Assembly: GCA_041662745.1 (NCBI GenBank)
Contig: JBAZRV010000003.1
Span: 56,034-120,033, forward strand
Origin: Patescibacteria group bacterium
GTDB lineage: Bacteria; Patescibacteriota; Patescibacteriia; 2-01-FULL-39-33
Direction: 5' to 3'
Length of the DNA stretch: 64,000 nucleotides
Shown here in pieces: positions 55,197-64,000 of this stretch; the stretch's first letter is position 1; each line of letters opens with the position of its first letter. Made by a program: the position numbers and the translations under genes. The notes beneath the pieces were generated by a model. That model was not told where the DNA came from and did not search any database. It worked only from the letters and a program-made list of their open reading frames with translations.

Positions 55197-55871
55197 TCAC
55201 ACTTCTTCGGGAGTTATTTTTTTACACTCCCCCTCTTTTAGGTCTGCCAACTTTAGCTTGCCTATCCTGATGCGTTTTAAATCTTCAACTTTGTAATCTA
55301 ACTGTTCGGCCATGCGGCGGATTTGGCGGTTGACGCCCTCTTTAAGAATCAGGGTCAGCCGGTTGCCTCGCTGTTTAATAATCCTGACCGGTTGGAGTTT
55401 TTTGCCGTCCAAGATCAATCCCCGCTCTATTTTTTGCGCGTCGGTTTTGGCCAGGGCGCGATCCAGTTCCACTTCATATTCCTTTTCGTGGCCGAATTTG
55501 GCCTGGGTCAGGCGATAGGCAAAATCGCCGTCATTGGTTAATATCAGCAAGCCCCGTGAATCTTTATCCAGCCTTCCCACCGGATAAATTCGCTGTTTAA
55601 TTTTAATCAAATCCAAAACCGATTTGCCTTGCGAACCGCTTGAGGAAGTGATATAGCCCCTGGGCTTGTTAAGCGCCAGATAGATTTTTTGCGTTTCTGT
55701 TTCCAGTTTCTTGCCGGCTATTTCTACGGCAGCGTTATTTTCATCAATTACCAGTCCCAAATCTTGGGCGGCCAAGCCGTTTACCTTCACTTTACCGGCT
55801 TTAATTAGCTCATCGGCTTTGCGTCTGGAACAGACTCCGGCTTGAGCAATGTATTTATTCAAACGAATCAT
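55197..55871 (-). CDS. rRNA pseudouridine synthase, RsuA/RluB family
   Basis: S4 domain (RLNKYIAQAGVCSRRKADELI), catalytic GRLDKDSRGLLILTNDG. Confidence 0.88.
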   Translation of the reverse strand: MIRLNKYIAQAGVCSRRKADELIKAGKVKVNGLAAQDLGLVIDENNAAVEIAGKKLETETQKIYLALNKPRGYITSSSGSQGKSVLDLIKIKQRIYPVGRLDKDSRGLLILTNDGDFAYRLTQAKFGHEKEYEVELDRALAKTDAQKIERGLILDGKKLQPVRIIKQRGNRLTLILKEGVNRQIRRMAEQLDYKVEDLKRIRIGKLKLADLKEGECKKITPEEV

Positions 55872-55945
55872 ATTTTGTCATTCCCGCGTACCTTGCCTAC
55901 TGGCAGGTAGAGGCGGGAGTCCAGGTTATTTTTGTCATTCTGAGG
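55866..55945. repeat. second copy of GTCATTCC...GGGAGTCCAGGTTATTTTTGTCATT MITE-like hairpin element
   Basis: shares core with 4078-4150 unit (cctgcct-N-ggcagg inner hairpin; cccgc/gcggg outer stem). Confidence 0.55.
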
Positions 55946-55992
55946 CAACGTCGAAAAATCTCAAATATAATTTTTTTTAATATTAAATTAAA

Positions 55993-56676
55993 CTAAATAC
56001 TATGTTTTTCTTGAACAATTTTTTTCCATTTCTCGTACTTGTCTTTGGTTTTAAGTTTCAGCCAAGGCAGTTTATAGGCAAACGAGGGCAGCCATTGACT
56101 CATAGTCCCGCCGGTTGAGACCTTGAACAATACTTCGGGAATGAACACTCCCCGATCGCCGCATTCGGCCATAGTTAAAAACAGGTCCCAATCTTGGAAT
56201 TTTTTCAGTGTTTCATCAAAACCGGGAAATTTTTCCCGCCTAATCAGCGAGCAGGTATGGATGTATGGTTGTTGTTTTAATTTTTCCGCAGCAAACGGCC
56301 AGAGTTTGAATTTTTTCCAACCCCAGCGGAATTGGCTGTAGGCAAAACTAGCTTCGGACACGGTCTTAAGCGCTAAATGCATCTTTTCCAAGGCTTGAGG
56401 CCTTAAGATTACATCGGCGTCAACGAAGATAACTTCCGATCCGGAAGATTGGCTGAAGCCGTAGTTGCGCGCCGCCGGAGCCCCCTTATTTTCCTGGTTT
56501 AAAATAGTCAGACGATGGCTGCAAGTGGTTAGGGCCAAAAGCAAATCATCGGTAGAGCCGTCGTTGACTACGATGATCTCGTAATCCTTGAGAGTTTGAT
56601 TAAAAATACTGTTCAGACAGCGGCTGATGGTTTTGGCAGCATTATAAGCGGGAATGATGACGGATATTTGCGGCAT
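55993..56676 (-). CDS. glycosyltransferase family 2
   Basis: ISVIIPAYNAAKTISRCLNSIFNQTLKDYEIIVVNDGSTDD. Confidence 0.85.
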   Translation of the reverse strand: MPQISVIIPAYNAAKTISRCLNSIFNQTLKDYEIIVVNDGSTDDLLLALTTCSHRLTILNQENKGAPAARNYGFSQSSGSEVIFVDADVILRPQALEKMHLALKTVSEASFAYSQFRWGWKKFKLWPFAAEKLKQQPYIHTCSLIRREKFPGFDETLKKFQDWDLFLTMAECGDRGVFIPEVLFKVSTGGTMSQWLPSFAYKLPWLKLKTKDKYEKWKKIVQEKHSI

Positions 56677-57792
56677 TTAATTGTTGATTATGTTTTTAAT
56701 TTTTTCTGCTTGTTTGCTCCAATCAAATTCTAACGCTCGTTTTTGGCCGGCTTCAGCCAAGCGCCGCCATAATTCGCGATCCGTGGCGATTTTTATGATT
56801 GCCGATTTTATTTCCTCGTTGATTCGCGGATCAACCAGAATGCCGGTTACCCCGCCCAGCACCGCCTCCTTGGAACCGCCGAATTTAGAGGCGATAACCG
56901 CGGTCCTGGTCGCCGAGGCCTCCAGATAACCGATGCCAAAACCCTCGGGCTTTAATGATACTGTGATATAGATATGCGCCAATTGCAAATAAAACGCCTT
57001 GGCTTCCGGAATATTAGCCACCTCCCCGGCAAAAATAACATTATATTTTAATCCTGATTGTTGAGCTAAATTTTTTAATTTTTCTTCCTGCGAGCCGCCG
57101 CCGACAATGATATATTTAAGCTCCGGCACGAGGGACAATAATTCCGGCAGCATTTTAATGACCGTTTCAATATTTTTTTCCGGTTCCAGACGGCACATGG
57201 ACAGCATGACAACATCGTTGTCAGCTAATCCCAATAGCTTCTTTTTGCCGGCAAAATCTTCGTCCGGCTTGTTAAGCGCTTCATAATCAATGCCCGGGTA
57301 TATTATTTCAATTTTGGTTTTGTCTTTGGTCAGCTTGAATATTTCTTCGGCTAAGTAATCGCTATTGGCAATAAATTTGCGGCATAAGGGATTGCCATAA
57401 ACTTGCTTTAGCAGCCGTTTTTGCCACCAGCTGTCTTTGGCTTGGGTAATATCTGTACCGTGGGCAAAAACATAAAACGGCAGTTTTATTTTTCCGGCCA
57501 GGGAATTATAAGGATGAAAATGGCCGAAGGCCAATCGTTCCACTCCCTCCGTTTTGACGATGTCGTTAATTTCTTTAATTAAAGGACGCCAACGGGGCGG
57601 GATTTTTCCGCTGAAAAAATCCGTGCGGTAAATATGATAAGGTTGGGTTTGATCAAATTCTTTTTCTCCCGCCTGAGTTTGCGCTAAGACGCAAATCTCG
57701 GCCGGCTCCAAACGCGACAGCAGGTTAAGGTAATAATTTTGTATTCCCCCGGCTTGCGGCGGGAAAAAATTGGTAATCAGTAGTTTTTTCAT
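56677..57792 (-). CDS. glycosyltransferase family 4 (GT-B)
   Basis: C-terminal EGFGIGYLEASATRTAVIAS (E-x7-E region). Confidence 0.8.
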   Translation of the reverse strand: MKKLLITNFFPPQAGGIQNYYLNLLSRLEPAEICVLAQTQAGEKEFDQTQPYHIYRTDFFSGKIPPRWRPLIKEINDIVKTEGVERLAFGHFHPYNSLAGKIKLPFYVFAHGTDITQAKDSWWQKRLLKQVYGNPLCRKFIANSDYLAEEIFKLTKDKTKIEIIYPGIDYEALNKPDEDFAGKKKLLGLADNDVVMLSMCRLEPEKNIETVIKMLPELLSLVPELKYIIVGGGSQEEKLKNLAQQSGLKYNVIFAGEVANIPEAKAFYLQLAHIYITVSLKPEGFGIGYLEASATRTAVIASKFGGSKEAVLGGVTGILVDPRINEEIKSAIIKIATDRELWRRLAEAGQKRALEFDWSKQAEKIKNIINN

Positions 57793-59249
57793 AATTGGCT
57801 TTCTTCCTTATTAATCCCCCCCTTAAAATCTTTCATTAACTCTTTAAACGATCTTAGGCGGAACAAGCCCAGGATGTAAGCCAGGATAAGATAAGTCACT
57901 ATTCCGCCGGCAATCGCCACAATAAAATGGACTCGTTCCTTGAGCAACCGGACCGCTAAATACATTATCAGACAGGCCAAGAGCATTTTTGCGGCCGACC
58001 AAATCAAAAACTTCCAGTCGTATTTGATTATTTGGCCGACGACAGTAATGCCCAAAACAAACAGCAAGGCGTAACTGGCGATATTGGCAATGGCTGAACC
58101 GTTATAACTCCAAATCGGGATCAGGATAAGGTTGGCAACAAAAGAAAACCCGGCCACAACGCCCAAATGAATCGTGTTTCTGGCCTGTCGATCGCAAGCG
58201 TTAAGCATGGCGCCAATAGGGAAACAAAGGAAGACAAAAACCAATGACAGCATTAGGATATCCAGGGGTAAAACGGAAGCCGCATAATGATTGCCGAAAA
58301 CCGGACCGATTATCTTATCGGCAATAGAGATTACGCCAATAGATATCGGCAGGGAAAAAAACATCAGCCAATACATGGATTTGACGAAAAGCTTGGATAA
58401 TTTTTCTTGGCTGTGAGCGAAGTAATTGGCAAACGCCGGATAGATGGAGGCGGAGAAAGCCAAGGCGATGAATTGCAAGGCAAAGGCCACCTTAAAGGCC
58501 ACGGAGTAAATGCCTACGGCATAGTCATTGGCGAGTTTTGACAATAAAACAATATCAATAGCCGAAAAAATACGATTGAAGATTCCGGCCAAGGCAAAAG
58601 GGATGGAGATAAGCACTAATTGCCTGATTGTCAGCCAGTCAAAGGAAAAAGCTATCGGTATTTGATATTTGCGGCGCAGATTAACCGCAGACCAGATAAA
58701 GTTTGTCAGACTGCCCAAAATATAAACAGCCATTACCCAGGTCAGTGGCGCGCCAAAAAATAACAATCCCCCGCCGGCAATTAAAACTATTGATTGATTG
58801 ATGATAACGCCCAGGCTTTCATACGCCAGATTTTGATGGCCGCGCAAAGCGCCGTAAACGCTTAGGGAGAACGAGTCTAACAGCATGACAAAGCCGGAAA
58901 TGTATACTAGCGATTTAGTTAGTTGCGGGTAGCCCAGAATATTAACTAAAACTATGATGATTAAATAAACTAAGGCCGAAGCGGCCAGTTTATAACCGAG
59001 GATATTGGCGAGGTATTTGGCGGAATGTTCGCGGTCCTTGGCTACTTCGCGAATCAATACTTGAGTCAGGCCCAAATCTAAAAACATGGCAAAGATGGAG
59101 GTAAAACTGAGGGCGAAAGTAAATCGTCCTTGATCGGCCACGCCGACGGAACGCGCCAGGATGATGAAGTATAAAAACGACAGCGCTTTTTGGGCGGCTA
59201 ACGAAGCGCTGTAAAAAAAAGTGTTTTTAGCCAAGTTTCTGTTGGACAT
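57789..59249 (-). CDS. oligosaccharide flippase (Wzx / polysaccharide biosynthesis protein family)
   Basis: 486 aa, ~14 TM, in GT cluster. Confidence 0.7.
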   Translation of the reverse strand: MSNRNLAKNTFFYSASLAAQKALSFLYFIILARSVGVADQGRFTFALSFTSIFAMFLDLGLTQVLIREVAKDREHSAKYLANILGYKLAASALVYLIIIVLVNILGYPQLTKSLVYISGFVMLLDSFSLSVYGALRGHQNLAYESLGVIINQSIVLIAGGGLLFFGAPLTWVMAVYILGSLTNFIWSAVNLRRKYQIPIAFSFDWLTIRQLVLISIPFALAGIFNRIFSAIDIVLLSKLANDYAVGIYSVAFKVAFALQFIALAFSASIYPAFANYFAHSQEKLSKLFVKSMYWLMFFSLPISIGVISIADKIIGPVFGNHYAASVLPLDILMLSLVFVFLCFPIGAMLNACDRQARNTIHLGVVAGFSFVANLILIPIWSYNGSAIANIASYALLFVLGITVVGQIIKYDWKFLIWSAAKMLLACLIMYLAVRLLKERVHFIVAIAGGIVTYLILAYILGLFRLRSFKELMKDFKGGINKEESQL

Positions 59250-59331
59250 AATGCCTATATTATACTATAAAATACGAGTAAAATAAAGCCCGCTAAAAAT
59301 AGTGATAGCGGGCAAAAAAGTGCAGAAGCGA

Positions 59332-59664
59332 TTACGATTTTATTGGTGTGCCAATCGTGGCCTTATATAATCGCCAGTCAATAGCAGACAATAAAATAGA
59401 AGTGGAAGAGTTGCCGCAAATTAAGGCGAAAACCGGAAAGAGCCGCGGCAATTCTTCGGGGCAATGCTTGAGGCAACCGCAGTAAAGTTCCGATATAATC
59501 TTTTGCAAGCAACCGACACAGATTCGGTTGTCTTTATCCACTAACTGGGCGCGTTTAGCCATTAAGGAGGACAATAATTCCTGCAGGATTATTTGCCGTT
59601 CATGCGGTCTGGCGGATTGTTCCGCCGCCCTGGCCAGCAAGGCGCAGATTTTTTGTTCTTCCAC
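59332..59664 (-). CDS. hypothetical protein (110 aa) with CVGC ... CGCLKHC
   Basis: ORF. Confidence 0.4.
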   Translation of the reverse strand: MEEQKICALLARAAEQSARPHERQIILQELLSSLMAKRAQLVDKDNRICVGCLQKIISELYCGCLKHCPEELPRLFPVFALICGNSSTSILLSAIDWRLYKATIGTPIKS

Positions 59665-59826
59665 GATGATACCTCCTAAGGTTAATGACCTAATTTAACC
59701 TTAGCAGATTAAAATCTTGGTGGCAATTAAGTTATCCCCAAAAGAAAAATTTGTAAGTTTTTAGACTTTTTGTGAAATAAAAAACCGCATAACGTTGAGT
59801 TAGCGGTTTTTTAAAAAAATATAATA

Positions 59827-60288
59827 TTAGCGTTTAGACCATTGCGGGGCGCGACGGGCGCGTTTCAAGCCCGGCTTCTTTCTTTCCTTGACTCTGGGAT
59901 CGCGAGTCATCAGCCCCTCGGCCTTCATGGCCGGTCGCAATTCAGGATTTAGCTGTTCCAGGGCTCGGGCAATGCCATGACGGCAAGCCGCGGCTTGGCC
60001 GTTTTTGCCGCCGCCAACCACATGAATGGAGACGGTGGTATTCTTATCGTGATCAGTCAGAACTAACGGCTTTAAGACAATATCTTGCAGATCTTTAGTG
60101 GGAAAATAAACCTTATAATCAAGATCATTGACTATGATTTCTCCTTTGCCCTTCAGGTATAAGCGGACATTGGCAGATGAGGTTTTTCGGCCGCCTCGGC
60201 CATAAAAAAACTTGCCTTCCGGTTTGACAATCTCGACTTCTTTGATTTCTTTCTTTTTGGTAACCATAATATATTCTTGCGAAAACAA
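59827..60288 (-). CDS. rpsI: 30S ribosomal protein S9 (N-terminal extension; may start at internal Met)
   Basis: ...GGGKNGQAAACRHGIARAL...KKPGLKRARRAPQWSKR. Confidence 0.9.
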   Translation of the reverse strand: MFSQEYIMVTKKKEIKEVEIVKPEGKFFYGRGGRKTSSANVRLYLKGKGEIIVNDLDYKVYFPTKDLQDIVLKPLVLTDHDKNTTVSIHVVGGGKNGQAAACRHGIARALEQLNPELRPAMKAEGLMTRDPRVKERKKPGLKRARRAPQWSKR

Positions 60289-60648
60289 TTAGTTAGTGGT
60301 TTTCAACCGCTTAATCATCTGATCGCGCAGTTTATTTTTAGGCAACATGCCCCAAACGGCTCGTCTGAGGACCTCGCCGGCATTGTCTTTCATGACCACG
60401 CTGGTTTTTTTGATTTTTAATCCGCCCGGATGGGTAGTGTGCCATTTGTATTCTTTTTGTTCCAGTTTCTTGCCGGTTAGTTTGAGCTTGGAACAGTTAG
60501 CGACCTCTACAAAATCTCCGGCATCAATATTGGGCGTAAAAGTGGCTTTATTTTTGCCACGTAAAATAATGGCGATACGCGTGGCTAAACGTCCGACCGG
60601 TTGGCCAGTAGCATCAAGCTGATGGGTTTTTCTTTCTATTTCTTTCAT
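60289..60648 (-). CDS. rplM: 50S ribosomal protein L13
   Basis: ATRIAIILRGK...; immediately upstream of rpsI. Confidence 0.9.
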   Translation of the reverse strand: MKEIERKTHQLDATGQPVGRLATRIAIILRGKNKATFTPNIDAGDFVEVANCSKLKLTGKKLEQKEYKWHTTHPGGLKIKKTSVVMKDNAGEVLRRAVWGMLPKNKLRDQMIKRLKTTN

Positions 60649-60661
60649 AAAATAAATTTAA

Positions 60662-61012
60662 TTAAATAAACTCAATGATAGCCACTTCCGCTCCGTCATT
60701 GACGCGTGGAGCTAATTTGACGATTCTGGTGTAGCCGCCTTTGCGATCTTTGTATTTCGGACCCAAAACTTCAAACAGTTTTTTGACCGCGCCTTGGGTG
60801 TAAAGCACCTTCAGGGCTTCACGGCGATTATGCAAAGTGTCGTTCTTGGCCAAGGTGATCAATTTTTCCACTTTGGGACGGGTTACCTGAGCTTTGGCCT
60901 TGGTGGTTTTGATTTTTTCGTAGACCACAAGAGAAGTAACCAAGCTGCGCAATAACGCTTCCCTTGGCGCCTTTTCACGACCCAATACTTTTCCTTTTCT
61001 GTTATGTCTCAT
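60662..61012 (-). CDS. rplQ: 50S ribosomal protein L17
   Basis: MRHNRKGKVLGREKAPREALLRSL. Confidence 0.92.
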   Translation of the reverse strand: MRHNRKGKVLGREKAPREALLRSLVTSLVVYEKIKTTKAKAQVTRPKVEKLITLAKNDTLHNRREALKVLYTQGAVKKLFEVLGPKYKDRKGGYTRIVKLAPRVNDGAEVAIIEFI

Positions 61013-61106
61013 AATATGTTAGTCATAAAGTCTAAAGCCGAAGGTCTGGAAAGTTTAAAGAAAATCATTTAAACTCCGGGCTTGCGGTTTTTTGACTCAG
61101 TTCTGT

Positions 61107-61973
61107 TTATTCTTCAATCTTTTTGGGGCGGCCGCGCTTTTTGGGCTTAGGCTCTTCCGTTGATTCTTCCCCAGCCCCTTCGGCGACTTCCGCGTTCTCT
61201 TCCAAAACTTCCTCAACCTTTTCTTCAGCGGCGACTTCCGGCAGGATTATCGGCGCCTCAATATCAATTTCTTCTATTTCCCTGGTGCCGCCTTCCATAA
61301 TCCAGCTAAACTGGTTGGTCAGGATTTCCGCCGCTTTTTTAACGGCATCTTCCGGGGAGATGGTGCCATCGGTTTCAACAGTTAAGATTAATTTATCATA
61401 ATCGGTGCGTTGACCGACGCGAGTCGCCTCTACCTCTAAGCCGACATTGATAACCGGCGTAAAAATAGAATCAGTCAAAATCGTGCCGATCTCGCCCTTG
61501 CCTTTATTCTGATCTTCCACCGGAACATAACCGATGCCTTTGGCTACGGTCAATTCCATTTCTATTTCGGCGTTTTCTGCGCTCAAGGAAGTGATGACGG
61601 CGTCTTTATTGACTACCTCGGCATCAACTGACTGCTGGATATCGGCGCCGGTAACTTTCTTTTTGCCTTCAGCTTTAAGTTGCAAGGTAACCGGTTCGTC
61701 GGAGTAAACCTTAAATCTTAAGGTTTTCAAATTAAGGATGATTTCCAAGACGTCTTCCGGCACATTCTCCATGGCTGAACATTCGTGCTTGACGCCTTTG
61801 ATTTTAACGGCAGTAACAGCGCCACCCGGCAGAGACGACAGTATGATGCGTCTTAGGGCGTTTCCTAATGTCAGGCCATAACCGGGAAAGCAGGGCTCAA
61901 TTACAATTTGAGCTGATTTGCCCGGAACCGATTCTTCAACAATGAATTTTTTAGGCAAAGGAATGTGTTTCAT
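61107..61973 (-). CDS. rpoA: DNA-directed RNA polymerase alpha subunit, NTD only, acidic linker ending in AT-hook (KKRGRPKK); alpha-CTD absent
   Basis: alpha-NTD fully recognisable (~228 aa); last 60 aa E-rich then PKPKKRGRPKKIEE; no helix-hairpin-helix CTD; 288 aa vs ~330. Confidence 0.88.
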   Translation of the reverse strand: MKHIPLPKKFIVEESVPGKSAQIVIEPCFPGYGLTLGNALRRIILSSLPGGAVTAVKIKGVKHECSAMENVPEDVLEIILNLKTLRFKVYSDEPVTLQLKAEGKKKVTGADIQQSVDAEVVNKDAVITSLSAENAEIEMELTVAKGIGYVPVEDQNKGKGEIGTILTDSIFTPVINVGLEVEATRVGQRTDYDKLILTVETDGTISPEDAVKKAAEILTNQFSWIMEGGTREIEEIDIEAPIILPEVAAEEKVEEVLEENAEVAEGAGEESTEEPKPKKRGRPKKIEE

Positions 61974-62043
61974 AATATTTCCTCCTTGGCTGCCGGAACT
62001 TTAGCGCCGACAGCCTGTTAACTTAAAATAATTAAATTATTTA

Positions 62044-62682
62044 TTATTTGCTGTAGTACTCAACAATAGTTCGCCAATCAATATTAACGGCGATATCTCC
62101 TAATTTGGGCTGGCTGGTCACTTTTCCTTCAATCTTATCCGAGTCAATCGTCAGCCAGGCAGGAATGTTTGTCAGTTTGCTCAGTTTTTGTTTGATTTCT
62201 TTATAGCCGGAGCTTTTTAATATCTTGTCGGACAAAGCGATGACATCGCCGGTTTTGACTTGGTAAGAAGGAATGTTGACTTTTTCGCCGTTAACCCTGA
62301 CATTGCCATGGCCGACCAACTGGCGGGCGGCGCGGCGGGAAGCGGCAAAACCCAAACGATAAACCGTATTATCCAAGCGTCCTTCCAAAAATCTAAACAG
62401 CCATTCGCCGGTATTGCCGACTTTGCTCAAAGACTTTTTAAAGTAAATTAAGAATTGCGCTTCATAAATGCCATACATGCGCTTGGCTTTTTGTTTTTCT
62501 GCCAATTGCTTGCCGAAATTGGTTTTTTTACCAACACGTTGCAACGGGCCGTGCATGCCGGGAGGAAAATTGCGTTTAACCATCGGGCATTTGGCAGAGT
62601 TGCATTTTTCGCCTTTCAAAAATAATTTTTCACCGGCGCGGCGGCAAGATTTGCATTGAAGATTTCTAGTAAAGTTAGACAT
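62044..62682 (-). CDS. rpsD: 30S ribosomal protein S4
   Basis: Zn-binding CKSCRRAGEKLFLKGEKCNSAKCP; S4 domain. Confidence 0.92.
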   Translation of the reverse strand: MSNFTRNLQCKSCRRAGEKLFLKGEKCNSAKCPMVKRNFPPGMHGPLQRVGKKTNFGKQLAEKQKAKRMYGIYEAQFLIYFKKSLSKVGNTGEWLFRFLEGRLDNTVYRLGFAASRRAARQLVGHGNVRVNGEKVNIPSYQVKTGDVIALSDKILKSSGYKEIKQKLSKLTNIPAWLTIDSDKIEGKVTSQPKLGDIAVNIDWRTIVEYYSK

Positions 62683-62709
62683 AAGGGATTAAGAATAGAA
62701 AAATAAAAA

Positions 62710-63186
62710 TTAAACGCGGCGCGGTCTGGGAGCGCGGCAGCCATTGTGAGGAATCGGGGTAATGTCTTTGATGCTGGAAACGATAAAACCATTGGCATTA
62801 ATGGCGCGGACAGCTGATTCGCGGCCGCCGCCGATGCCACGGACAAATACCGAGACTTCCTTTAAACCGTATTTTTTGACTTTTTCCGCAGCCGTTCTGA
62901 CAATAATCGTCGCGGCATAAGGAGTGGCCTTTTTGGGCCCCTTGAAACCGCATTGGCCGGCTGAACACCAGGACAACACATTGCCGTTTTGATCAGTGAA
63001 AGTGACAATGGTGTTGTTGTAGGTGGACTTAACGTAAGCCCGGCCGCTGGCTACCTGGCGGGCAGCGACGGTTTTTTTGACTTTCTTTTTCGACTTGTCG
63101 GCCGGTTTGGCGGCTTCGGCTTCAGCGTTAGCTTCTGCCGGAGCGGTCATAATGGTCGGTTCGTTTGTCAACAATTCTTCAGACAT
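62710..63186 (-). CDS. rpsK: 30S ribosomal protein S11 (A/E/K-rich N-terminal extension)
   Basis: ...[26 protein letters not shown]... Confidence 0.92.
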   Translation of the reverse strand: MSEELLTNEPTIMTAPAEANAEAEAAKPADKSKKKVKKTVAARQVASGRAYVKSTYNNTIVTFTDQNGNVLSWCSAGQCGFKGPKKATPYAATIIVRTAAEKVKKYGLKEVSVFVRGIGGGRESAVRAINANGFIVSSIKDITPIPHNGCRAPRPRRV

Positions 63187-63216
63187 AATTATATTGGTAT
63201 TTGACTATTATATTGA

Positions 63217-63612
63217 TTAAGTTTTTTGGCTGGTGTCTTTTCTGCCCGAACCCATGGTTTTTCTAACATTGCCTCGCACGGTGCGGTTATTGGTTTTGGT
63301 GCGTTGGCCGCGAGCCGGCAAACCTTTCATGTGGCGGATTCCGCGATAAGACTTGATTTCTTTCAGGCGTTTGATATTGCTCATGACTTCTCGGCGCAAA
63401 TCGCCTTCAATGTTAAAACCGCCTTTTTCCACGGCCGTTCTTAAGGCGATCACCTGTTCTTCGGTCAAATCATTGACTCTGGTATCGGGATTGATTTTAA
63501 CGCCGGCCAAAATTTTATTGGCGCGCGGCTTACCGACGCCAAAAATATAAGTTAAAGCGATTTCTACTCTTTTATTGTTGGGGATAACGACTCCCGCGAT
63601 TCTAACTGCCAT
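63217..63612 (-). CDS. rpsM: 30S ribosomal protein S13
   Basis: [27 protein letters not shown]. Confidence 0.92.
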   Translation of the reverse strand: MAVRIAGVVIPNNKRVEIALTYIFGVGKPRANKILAGVKINPDTRVNDLTEEQVIALRTAVEKGGFNIEGDLRREVMSNIKRLKEIKSYRGIRHMKGLPARGQRTKTNNRTVRGNVRKTMGSGRKDTSQKT

Positions 63613-63632
63613 AATTATGTATAGTTTATAAA

Positions 63633-63749
63633 TTATTACCCTTGGCGTTGTTTATGCTTGGGATTTTTGCAAATAACAACCAGACGCTTTTTGCGCCTGA
63701 TGACTTGGCAATCCTTGCAAATTTTTTTAACTGAAGCTCTAACTTTCAT
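63633..63749 (-). CDS. rpmJ: 50S ribosomal protein L36
   Basis: hand translation [37 protein letters not shown] (38 aa, not in ORF track because <60 aa). Confidence 0.8.
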
Positions 63750-63845
63750 AAAGATAAAAATTGAGAAATAAGAAATTAAGGTAGGCAAAACTCACTCTTG
63801 GCTTTTAGCCATTAGCTGTATGCTATGTGCCATAAGCTACTGTGT

Positions 63846-64000
63846 TAATAACGATAAGTGATGCGTCCGCGAGTCAGGTCATAGGGCGTCATTTGGACTT
63901 TGACTTTGTCTCCGGGCAACAGGCGGATGTTAAACATTCGCATCTTGCCGGATAAATGAGCCAAAATCTCATGGCCATTCATTAACCGGACGCGGAAGTT
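63846..64000 (-). CDS. infA: translation initiation factor IF-1 (3' portion; 5' end beyond window)
   Basis: hand translation ...[32 protein letters not shown]. Confidence 0.8.

Overview
The window is gene-dense (about 42% GC, AT-rich intergenic regions) with standard-code ORFs and strong GGAGG ribosome-binding sites. The small ribosomal and translation-factor proteins carry N- or C-terminal extensions. There are many lipoprotein, glycosyltransferase and membrane genes and almost no metabolism beyond gap. This is consistent with a reduced Patescibacteria/CPR-like genome, but that placement is inference. Recognisable core genes: a macB-like ABC ATPase plus FtsX-type permease; pheS and pheT split by a two-gene AT-rich insertion; lysS, serS, gltX, def-fmt, secDF, gap, tsf-rpsB, rpmE, prfA and prmC, rplY, rplU; a SEDS FtsW/RodA; a UvrD-helicase/Cas4-like-nuclease fusion; tRNA-Gln(UUG); recR; an RsuA/RluB pseudouridine synthase; a GT2/GT4/Wzx surface-polysaccharide cluster; and the ribosomal cluster infA-rpmJ-rpsM-rpsK-rpsD-rpoA-rplQ-rplM-rpsI on the minus strand. 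Three things stand out. (1) A perfect consensus sigma70 promoter drives a ~950-nt GC-rich, heavily structured noncoding leader or ncRNA, followed by two overlapping paralogous zinc-ribbon mini-proteins. (2) A second ~1.3-kb GC-rich structured noncoding block sits beside tRNA-Gln. (3) Several uncharacterised protein systems: a translationally coupled 154-aa protein plus atypical radical SAM operon with its own promoter; a small SPASM radical SAM with a 180-aa partner; tandem paralogous membrane proteins carrying only a degenerate Ser/Thr-kinase C-lobe; a standalone C39-like peptidase island inside pheST; and a 74-aa Cys-rich protein with an acidic tail. Also notable are a SecD with an embedded parvulin-type PPIase domain, an RpoA lacking the alpha-CTD but ending in an AT-hook, and a small MITE-like hairpin repeat family present in two copies. 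I could not assign either structured RNA region to a known family (RNase P, tmRNA and SRP RNA checked by eye without a convincing match).
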